In this document: positions 57,763 to 64,000 of the stretch, piece after piece
Layout of the letters: each line of letters starts with the position of its first letter
Numbering within the stretch: position 1 is the first letter of the stretch
IMG/VR virus record: IMGVR_UViG_3300014720_000001
Span: 124,001-188,000 of that record
Length of the DNA stretch: 64,000 nt
Reading direction: 5' to 3' (one strand)
The notes under the pieces: model-generated
Databases searched by the model: none
Seen by the model: the letters and a program-made list of their open reading frames with translations, nothing else
What the model was told of the DNA's origin: nothing
Translations under genes and position numbers: made by a program

Positions 57763-58085
57763 TCATAACCTCCCGCGTGCCGCTTCAGCAGTTCATCGAG
57801 CGCTTGCGCGTCGGCCGTATTGCCAACGCGTTCAGTCAGTCGCCTTGCTCGCGCAATGACGTCCCGCTCCGCGTCGGTGAGCGCGGGCTGCGGCCTCTCG
57901 TACAGCGGCACAACCGCCATCGCATGGGCCGCAATACTTTCTGCCTCATCCCTGTTGGCCGTCACCCGATATGTAGCGCCGCCGTTCATTGAGATTGCCT
58001 CTATGGCGTTCAGCACAACCGCCCACGCCACTGGTTCGTCCACAGAACCAGTCGATGCAACAGACCGCTCATTCGTATCGCTCAT
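57759..58085 (-). CDS. Small protein with EPVAW and LTDAER motifs
   Basis: EPVAWAV...VVPLYERPQPALTDAER; AAGGAGG RBS. Confidence 0.65.
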   Translation of the reverse strand: MSDTNERSVASTGSVDEPVAWAVVLNAIEAISMNGGATYRVTANRDEAESIAAHAMAVVPLYERPQPALTDAERDVIARARRLTERVGNTADAQALDELLKRHAGGYE

Positions 58086-58133
58086 GTTTGCCGCCTCCTT
58101 CGTTCGCGGCTGTTGATCTTTCGTGTTCTGTGG

Positions 58134-58370
58134 TCACTTCAGCCGCTCCAGTAGGCCGCGAAGGGTGGCAGGAATGGAGTCATCAAGCGGATACACGCCG
58201 ATAGCAAACTCCAATGCCCGACGCTCCCCGCGAGTGAGTCTCCCAAACTGCCGCAGGCGTTCAATCTCCTCGCGTGCTTCCTGCAAAATATTCTGCACGT
58301 CCGCTCTTGCGGCAACGCTGCTCAGCGGCATCGTTTCGGTATCGCGGATGCGGTCGATGATGTCACTCAT
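58134..58370 (-). CDS. Small LTxxER-module protein
   Basis: DIIDRIR...EAREEIERLR...LTRGERRAL...TLRGLLER. Confidence 0.65.
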   Translation of the reverse strand: MSDIIDRIRDTETMPLSSVAARADVQNILQEAREEIERLRQFGRLTRGERRALEFAIGVYPLDDSIPATLRGLLERLK

Positions 58371-59146
58371 TCGCCACCTCCTTTGGTTCTCTCCAGCAGG
58401 GCGCGAAGAGTGTCTGCGTCTTGCTCTGTTTGTGTTTTCCCGTAGTCCGCCTGCAAGTAGCGAAGCGTCTCCGAAGCCCGATCAACCGCCGCACGCTCCG
58501 CGTCAGTGAGACGCAAGCGGGCAACCTCAGCCCGCAGTGATTCCACTTCTGCGATAACAGCGGGGGCCATATTTAGCACGATATGGTCGTCAGATTGCGC
58601 GACATATTTGCGAAACGTTTGCCGGTGCCACAATTCTTGCAACGCCTTTGCCGACTGAACAAACGGCGTTGACGCAGCTATGTTACCGCTGGCCTGCAAT
58701 TGACCGGCGCGTTCGTACAGCAGGTCATATGCTCGCGACACCGCCTTTCGCTCCTCGTCGGTGAACTTAAGCGGCCCGGGCACAAGCATGACAGCACGCT
58801 TTTTGTCGCGCTCAATTGCCGCGGCCAATACTGCACGTTGCTCTTCGGTAAGTTCAAGTTTTAATTCGGTTGAGCAGTCGATTGTCACGTTGCCGTTGCA
58901 GACCGACAGCGTGGCATCCTGATCGGCTAGACGGCGAATAGCCTCGCGCATCATGTAGATTTCTGGTTCAGCCGCGCGCATCCCGTGAATAAACCCAGTC
59001 GTCCAATACCATTGCGCTTGCGCTGGGCCGGCGCTATCAGCGTTTTCATACGCGCCGTCAGCAACTAGCTCGGCCCATTTGTCGTCAGCCATCTTCAATC
59101 GAACGGCGTGCTGCGCCCGTTCTTCTGGTGTTGCTGGCTTGCTCAT
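58367..59146 (-). CDS. Protein with three LTxxER-type modules
   Basis: LTEEQR, FTDEER, LTDAER...TLRALLER; start MSKPAT with GGAGG. Confidence 0.65.
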   Translation of the reverse strand: MSKPATPEERAQHAVRLKMADDKWAELVADGAYENADSAGPAQAQWYWTTGFIHGMRAAEPEIYMMREAIRRLADQDATLSVCNGNVTIDCSTELKLELTEEQRAVLAAAIERDKKRAVMLVPGPLKFTDEERKAVSRAYDLLYERAGQLQASGNIAASTPFVQSAKALQELWHRQTFRKYVAQSDDHIVLNMAPAVIAEVESLRAEVARLRLTDAERAAVDRASETLRYLQADYGKTQTEQDADTLRALLERTKGGGE

Positions 59147-59222
59147 TCGTACCTCCGAAAGAAAAAGTACATGAACGCAATAGCAATCACTGCGCCACAA
59201 ACTTCGCCTACCCACGCACAAT

Positions 59223-59567
59223 TCACGTTGTCTCCTTCACAAAAATACCTTCGGGCGTCAGTGTGCCCTTGCGGTCTTTGATGGTGTTGTACGCCTCATC
59301 AAGGCAGTACGTCAGATCCAGCTGCGCGTTGTACAGCTTGACGTACAGAATCAGCGTTACGAGAACGTCGCCGATTCCGTCGATGATTCCTTCGCGATCG
59401 TTTTTGAGCGTCGCGTCAGCTAGCTCCCCTAGCTCCGACATGGTCTTGAGCAACTGCGCCATCGGGTTGCTGTTCGGGATGATCTGGCGCGCTTGGGCCC
59501 ACTGAACCACGAGGCTCTGTAATTCCGCAAACGTCCGATCCTTTTCCTCCGGCGATTCCTGCGTCAT
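59223..59567 (-). CDS. MazG-like nucleotide pyrophosphohydrolase
   Basis: QLLKTMSELGELADA...IIDGIGDVLVTL...CLDEAYNTIKDRKG. Confidence 0.8.
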   Translation of the reverse strand: MTQESPEEKDRTFAELQSLVVQWAQARQIIPNSNPMAQLLKTMSELGELADATLKNDREGIIDGIGDVLVTLILYVKLYNAQLDLTYCLDEAYNTIKDRKGTLTPEGIFVKETT

Positions 59568-60012
59568 TGCGCTTCAACTCCTCGATTTCTTTCGTTAAGG
59601 CTTCGATATCCACACCGCCCTTGATCATCATGTCAATCACCGGCTGCTGCGGAAGCTGCCGGCGTTTCTTGCTGACCCAAATAACAGGACCCCATTCAGG
59701 GTTCTTCTCAAAGTGCATATACACATCTTTGAGTTCGTCGTACGTGATATCCTCGGCGTCAGCGCAGCCCCACGCAAACATGTCATTCATGTTCAGGAAG
59801 ATGCAAAACTGCTCGCGTGCTTTCTCGGGCCAGTCTTTCTCCCACCAGTGCTTGTTCATGCCGATCCAGCCATTTGCTATCAAAACGGCCAACATGCCCG
59901 GCTCTTCGTACATCTCTTCCTTGTACGGTTTGCCGGGACAACCCGTACCTTCCCAGTCCATCGTCCAGTGCGCGTCTGTTGGGTCGATGGTGTAGTTAAT
60001 TTCCTTCGGCAT
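59416..60012 (-). CDS. Hypothetical protein
   Basis: NDMFAWGCADAE motif; C-terminal tail overlaps mazG-like gene. Confidence 0.65.
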   Translation of the reverse strand: MPKEINYTIDPTDAHWTMDWEGTGCPGKPYKEEMYEEPGMLAVLIANGWIGMNKHWWEKDWPEKAREQFCIFLNMNDMFAWGCADAEDITYDELKDVYMHFEKNPEWGPVIWVSKKRRQLPQQPVIDMMIKGGVDIEALTKEIEELKRNDAGIAGGKGSDVCGITEPRGSVGPSAPDHPEQQPDGAVAQDHVGARGAS

Positions 60013-60247
60013 TGCTGCGCCCTTTCTGCCGATCGTATGCTTCCATATCGTTCAACAGTTGTTCTTCGTGTATCGAAAAAAGTTCGAGCGCATACGCGCG
60101 CAGCTTCTTCTTCATCTCTTCGCGCTCGGGGCGCAGCAGATTAAGCAGGGCGAGAATGTTCCGCATCTCTTGCGGCGTCATCTCGCCCATTGCCAGCCTG
60201 ATAGACTGCTTGTCGCCGGCCCAGATGGCTTCAAAGTCTGTAGGCAC
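59996..60247 (-). CDS. Hypothetical protein
   Basis: IRLAMGEMTPQEMR motif. Confidence 0.6.
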   Translation of the reverse strand: MPTDFEAIWAGDKQSIRLAMGEMTPQEMRNILALLNLLRPEREEMKKKLRAYALELFSIHEEQLLNDMEAYDRQKGRSNAEGN

Positions 60248-60250
60248 GGC

Positions 60251-60493
60251 TCACCACGTTGGCGTCCACGTTGGCGACCACGGACCTGCCGGCCAGCTCG
60301 GCGCGTCTGGCTTGTGCGGCTGCGGGTACGGATACGACATCGGGATACGAGTGACAGCAGTCTTTACTTCGGATAGTTGCTGCTGCAGTATTTCAATCTG
60401 TACCCGCAGATGCGCTATCTCCAGCGCTAGCTGCGTCATTGGTGACGGCTTGCGGGCTTTCTTCTTCTTTGCTTTCTTGGCTTTCTTGGCCAC
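60251..60493 (-). CDS. Lys-rich coiled-coil hypothetical protein
   Basis: GTG at 60493 with AGGAG RBS; MAKKAKKAKKKKARK. Confidence 0.55.
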   Translation of the reverse strand: MAKKAKKAKKKKARKPSPMTQLALEIAHLRVQIEILQQQLSEVKTAVTRIPMSYPYPQPHKPDAPSWPAGPWSPTWTPTW

Positions 60494-60932
60494 TGATTTG
60501 CTCCTGCATCTTGGCAATCCGAGCGCGCACTAACTCGACGGCGCGCTCAACACTCTCTACTTCAACAAACGGCAGCTTGGCCTGTAGGTGCTCCCACTTG
60601 GTCGGGCCTACGCCGGCTACGTTGATCTCGCCGGGCTCTTGGCTGCCGAACTCGTCCAGCAGCGCCACGGCGGTTGCAATCTCGCGCGACGGAAACACTA
60701 GAATCTTGTTGTCGACGTCGGAGAAAAACTTCACGCCAGTACGATCGCAGATTACATAGCGCACAGCCGACTCACCAGTATCGATGTACTGCATGGCTCG
60801 CGCCTGAGTAGCGTACTGGCTTGCGTGGTTATGCGGGGCGGTTGGGCTGTGGCACGATTTAAACTTTTTGCCGCTGCCGCAAGGACACCGGTCGTTGCGC
60901 TTGATAATGCTATCTTTGCGAATCGTGCTCAC
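60393..60932 (-). CDS. SEC-C motif protein
   Basis: RNDRCPCGSGKKFKSCH at the N-terminus. Confidence 0.8.
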   Translation of the reverse strand: MSTIRKDSIIKRNDRCPCGSGKKFKSCHSPTAPHNHASQYATQARAMQYIDTGESAVRYVICDRTGVKFFSDVDNKILVFPSREIATAVALLDEFGSQEPGEINVAGVGPTKWEHLQAKLPFVEVESVERAVELVRARIAKMQEQISGQESQESKEEESPQAVTNDAASAGDSASAGTD

Positions 60933-61218
60933 GAAAAACCTCCGTGTTGCCGTTGAGCTGGATTAATCTCCGGCCAGTTGGACCGGGTTGGGCTATTGTC
61001 TCTTTTTCTCTCGCCTGTGCAATACGTAGCCAGTTCAGGCGAAACTCTTCAATCGTGACCCCTTCCCGCGGCAGCAGCAGTTCAAGCGACATGCGGCACG
61101 TATTGCGCTCGTCGTCGGCCTGCATTGTGATACCGATGAGCTGCGCGTTAAACAACAGCGCAATGCCCTCCTGCAGCTGCTCTAGCGGGTCGGGGTTCGA
61201 TTCAAACGGCGCCCTCAT
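60910..61218 (-). CDS. Hypothetical protein
   Basis: ATGA-coupled 102-aa ORF. Confidence 0.6.
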   Translation of the reverse strand: MRAPFESNPDPLEQLQEGIALLFNAQLIGITMQADDERNTCRMSLELLLPREGVTIEEFRLNWLRIAQAREKETIAQPGPTGRRLIQLNGNTEVFREHDSQR

Positions 61219-61463
61219 GGTTCGACCGTTACCTGCGCCGTCGTCATGATCAAGCCGGCGCGCATGGTTGAGATCCCGTGAATGGTGATCCGGTCTCCCA
61301 CCACGATCGTGTCGCGAAACTGGACACTGAGCCGTTCAGGCGCCGTCGGGTCGGGGTAGATCAGCTTGGGGGCTCCCTCCGCAAGCACAGTCGGACCCAC
61401 AGGCGGGCTGCTGGGCGGCAGCTGTGGCTCGCGCGGAATCGTCACTACTCCGGGTGTTGTCAT
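61215..61463 (-). CDS. Hypothetical protein
   Basis: MTTPGV at 61463 with GAGG RBS. Confidence 0.55.
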   Translation of the reverse strand: MTTPGVVTIPREPQLPPSSPPVGPTVLAEGAPKLIYPDPTAPERLSVQFRDTIVVGDRITIHGISTMRAGLIMTTAQVTVEP

Positions 61464-61599
61464 TTTCGAGACCTCGGTTAAAAAAGACGTGGAAGCACAA
61501 CTTACCTGTCGGGCCGCGAAGCACAATGCTGTCGAGAAACGAACGGGTCTCGTTGGCGGCAGATTCATCAGCGGAAGATGCACTCGAATCGTTTTGCAT
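61336..61599 (-). CDS. Hypothetical protein
   Basis: ATG at 61599 with GAGGTG RBS; tail overlaps the next gene. Confidence 0.45.
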   Translation of the reverse strand: MQNDSSASSADESAANETRSFLDSIVLRGPTGKLCFHVFFNRGLENDNTRSSDDSARATAAAQQPACGSDCACGGSPQADLPRPDGA

Positions 61600-61615
61600 G
61601 GTCAGGTCACCTCAG

Positions 61616-61875
61616 CTCGCGGATTATGTTGTCATAATCAGTGGCGAGACGTTTGTAGGGGGGTAAATTGGTCAAAAAACGCAACGCAAATGCTTGTGCC
61701 AGTTGGACTTACAACACGCGGTTTGCGCAAATTTTGTCCGTTTTATGTGGACCTAGAGTAAGTCCTTCGGACTTACAAGGAGAAAGGCATTTTTCGAGAC
61801 ATGCAGGCATTGTTTGAATGCCTACTGCATGATCGGGGGGTTGTCCAATTCACGTTGGGCAAACTGGGTAGTTTG
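61616..61875. repeat. Cluster of short inverted repeats in the largest intergenic gap
   Basis: Hairpins at 61622-39, 61758-76, 61800-31, 61841-62 and 61860-75; direct repeat GGACTTACAA at 61705 and 61769. Confidence 0.65.
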
Positions 61876-61894
61876 CACTCAACGTTTGGATAGC

Positions 61895-61947
61895 AAAAAA
61901 AGAGATGGCGTAGGGGCGGGGAAATCCCGCCCCTACGCCATCTCTTT
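61895..61947 (-). terminator. Intrinsic terminator with a 22-bp perfect stem
   Basis: 61899-61920 pairs with 61926-61947, 5-nt loop, T7 on minus, 4 nt after the ParB-like gene stop. Confidence 0.8.
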
Positions 61948-61951
61948 GCCA

Positions 61952-63244
61952 TTAACGGGTCAATCCGTTGTTTTTCTTTTGCCACCAATAGTCTGGCATG
62001 CCTTTGTTACTGCAGAATTTACGGTGCCCCGTAATGTGCTCTGCGCGGGTATTCGCGTCGGCATAAAACAGCTCAAACAAGGATTTGAACCTCGGCAGAT
62101 AATCCGTTTTCGGCTTGTTGCGATCTTTGAACAGCTCGGCTACCTGTTTTACAAGCGCCGTGCATGTTTTGACTGCTCGTCCGTCCTCGGAACCCAGATC
62201 TTTTGCTGCTGGGCACATTACGCGGTTGAACACCTCGCTGGCAATCGGTTTGGTGATTGGTGCAGCTAGGTTTTCAATCAACGTTGGCGTTGTGTTGTGC
62301 AGCATGTGCGCCGTCATATTGCTGTGAATGAAACCGGGGCGCTCAAACTCTTCAATATAAAGCGCTAAACCCGCAATCATGTCGGCGCGCAATGAAGACG
62401 CGTTGCCGTGCCAGTGCGTAAACTGTTCGTCTCCAAGTAGCTCAAAGACACGCTGCAGTACTTCTACGCCGTATCGCCGCACAATGCGTTCCAGCGTAGG
62501 CACCGCGCCAATTTCCGGCCACGGCTTGATGCCTACGCGCAGCGCCAGAGAAAACCCGTGCGCTTCTACAAGTTCTTTGAGCGCCAGAAGCCGTTCTTCT
62601 TCAGACGTCAAGCGATTCTTGAGGATGTCAGAGATTGAGTGTGATCGTCGGCCGTAATTGCAATCGCTTGAAATCTCGGCTTCTTCTCGCACATTTTCCA
62701 CAATCTGCACGCTGGCTTTGATGTGCGTATAACCTAGTTCTTGCGCGGCAACTGTGCGGTGTACGCCGTCCGGCAGTGAGAAAATGATATCAATCAGTTC
62801 CTGCCGCTGGTCGTAAATACACCGCACTGACACGCTCGGCAGCGACATCGATTTTGGGTGGAAATCCATGGCAATGTCAGCCACGTGATTCCAGTCCACA
62901 AGGCGATTGCGCGCCCACGCGTCATCAACCGTAAGCATGTTAATAGGAATCATGTGCGTCGGAATATCGAGCAGCTTGATTCCCTGCTGCTGCATACGGG
63001 CAACGTCCCGCTGCGAGTCTTCATGCAGCATTAGGATTTCGTCGTACAGCTCTCGTTTTTCGGCGAGCGTTGCTTCAGTGGTTTGAAACAGCAGCTTTCC
63101 TTGTCGCGCTGAGTCAAAGTTTTTGAACGTATACTTCTTGTGCGGGTTGCGCTTGCCGTGCACCGTAAATGCGCGCTGTTTTACTCCGCCAATAATGTCA
63201 TCGTTGCTAGCGTTGTCGGCGTCGTCGGCATTGTTTGTTGCCAT
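61952..63244 (-). CDS. ParB/Srx N-terminal-domain-like protein
   Basis: IPINMLTVD...HVADIAMDF...DGVHRTVAAQELG...EEAEI followed by a helical region. Confidence 0.7.
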   Translation of the reverse strand: MATNNADDADNASNDDIIGGVKQRAFTVHGKRNPHKKYTFKNFDSARQGKLLFQTTEATLAEKRELYDEILMLHEDSQRDVARMQQQGIKLLDIPTHMIPINMLTVDDAWARNRLVDWNHVADIAMDFHPKSMSLPSVSVRCIYDQRQELIDIIFSLPDGVHRTVAAQELGYTHIKASVQIVENVREEAEISSDCNYGRRSHSISDILKNRLTSEEERLLALKELVEAHGFSLALRVGIKPWPEIGAVPTLERIVRRYGVEVLQRVFELLGDEQFTHWHGNASSLRADMIAGLALYIEEFERPGFIHSNMTAHMLHNTTPTLIENLAAPITKPIASEVFNRVMCPAAKDLGSEDGRAVKTCTALVKQVAELFKDRNKPKTDYLPRFKSLFELFYADANTRAEHITGHRKFCSNKGMPDYWWQKKNNGLTR

Positions 63245-63262
63245 AATTTTCTCCCTAAAAAT

Positions 63263-63601
63263 TTAGCTTTGCGTAGCTACTTCCGGTTCGCCGCGCTCTA
63301 CCTCTGCCGGCACCTCAATATCCGGCAGCATTTCGTACATCCCCATTTCCATGTCGAGAATCAGGGGATTTTGTACGTCTGGGCCGCCGTAGATCAGGCA
63401 GCGCATATGCGGGTCTGCCGGTTTGCCCGCAATATGTTCGTGGATCATAGCCCACGTAATGATATAAAAGCGCTCGGCCGGCAGTCGGTCGACAAGGCTC
63501 TGCGGCAGGCTGCGGTTGTAGTGCAGCACGTCGCGAGAGATAAAGTTAATCTTGTCGAGCAGTTCTTTATCGAGGTACTTGTACTTACGGGGCTCAGCCA
63601 C
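63263..63601 (-). CDS. Hypothetical protein
   Basis: GTG start with AGGAG RBS. Confidence 0.6.
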   Translation of the reverse strand: MAEPRKYKYLDKELLDKINFISRDVLHYNRSLPQSLVDRLPAERFYIITWAMIHEHIAGKPADPHMRCLIYGGPDVQNPLILDMEMGMYEMLPDIEVPAEVERGEPEVATQS

Positions 63602-63610
63602 CGTTGTCTC

Positions 63611-63865
63611 CTAGCGTTTCCGCGCTTCTTGCGCGTTGTGAAATTTTATGATTGCTGCGGCGGCTTCGGCCGACTCTTTGTCTGAATAGCCTTCGAGCTT
63701 GACGCGCTCTTTGACGTAGCGGTACTCGCGCGAAGATGTATCGGGCTCAAAAGACTGAGTGGTGCTGGTTGTTGAGCCGGAAAATGACCCGGCAAGTAAA
63801 CACCCAAGAACGAGCAGCACAATGAAAACCGGCCACATGGATGCGTTGTTATTCTGATTGCTCAT
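63611..63865 (-). CDS. Small membrane-anchored/secreted protein
   Basis: N-terminal hydrophobic helix. Confidence 0.6.
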   Translation of the reverse strand: MSNQNNNASMWPVFIVLLVLGCLLAGSFSGSTTSTTQSFEPDTSSREYRYVKERVKLEGYSDKESAEAAAAIIKFHNAQEARKR

Positions 63866-63998
63866 GTTTTTTCCTGTTGGTGCACCATTCGTCGATAGCT
63901 TTTATGGCGTTGGTGAGTTCGGGAATCCGTTCGTCTTCGTCAAAAATACCGTCGCCACGCGTATTGGTCGTGTAGACAGTCTCGCCGCCGCAGTACGG
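63849..63998 (-). CDS. 3' end of a gene entering from beyond the window
   Basis: Open frame ...PYCGGETVYTTNTRGDGIFDEDERIPELTNAIKAIDEWCTNRKKHEQSE*. Confidence 0.5.
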   Translation of the reverse strand, partial: PYCGGETVYTTNTRGDGIFDEDERIPELTNAIKAIDEWCTNRKKHEQSE

Positions 63999-64000
63999 TA

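Noticed and set aside
57458-57766. Alternative minus-strand 102-aa ORF
   Set aside because: It overlaps the 57448-57762 membrane-protein frame, which has better coupling to both neighbours and a coherent hydrophobic pattern.
25175-61599. Many long same-strand gene overlaps (50-150 nt) as evidence for a recoded stop codon
   Set aside because: TAA, TAG and TGA all terminate well-supported genes and the long genes are uninterrupted. Run-on tails into an alternate frame are common in compact GC-rich phages.
169-63685. Plus-strand ORFs, including long ones at 9587-10579 and 35319-36587
   Set aside because: They lie antisense to well-supported minus-strand genes, lack recognisable motifs and are expected shadows in GC-rich coding DNA.
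1-64000. CRISPR, TIGR-type or 5-nt-period (GGY-NN) guide array to accompany the RAMP and Nop-like genes
   Set aside because: I read every intergenic gap and found no tandem repeat-spacer structure, and both genes have coding flanks. An array could lie outside the window or be too degenerate to see by eye.

Overview
This 64-kb window looks like part of a large tailed dsDNA phage (jumbo-like; host not identifiable from the sequence). It is densely coded, uses the standard code, and every credible gene is on the minus strand; the plus-strand ORFs are antisense shadows. By coordinate: (1) 1-16.7 kb holds tail-fibre/receptor-binding genes (LamG-like, collagen-like, Gly-rich, and three paralogues built from a five-copy module). 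(2) 16.8-34.9 kb holds tmk, an HD-domain protein, two glycosyltransferase-like genes, a probable portal with a Zn ribbon, RuvC, YhcG-N- and DUF932-like genes and many hypotheticals. (3) 34.9-50.7 kb is a replication/recombination cluster: RecA, probable SSB, UDG-PolA fusion, primase, DnaB-like helicase, SF2 helicase, SbcC/Rad50 and SbcD/Mre11. (4) 50.7-64 kb holds two tRNAs, an HTH/deoxyhypusine-synthase-like fusion, a degenerate rolling-circle Rep, small accessory genes, a hairpin-dense intergenic region and a ParB-like gene. Best candidate for a new system: between rad50 and the SF2 helicase, tightly coupled, lie a catalytically degenerate IS110/Nop-domain-like gene (46486-47421) and a small RAMP/Cas7-like gene (45987-46484). 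These are folds from two different RNA-guided lineages. I could not find a CRISPR, TIGR or other guide array in the window. A second theme is several apparently inactivated enzymes. All family assignments are by-eye motif recognition, not database searches.
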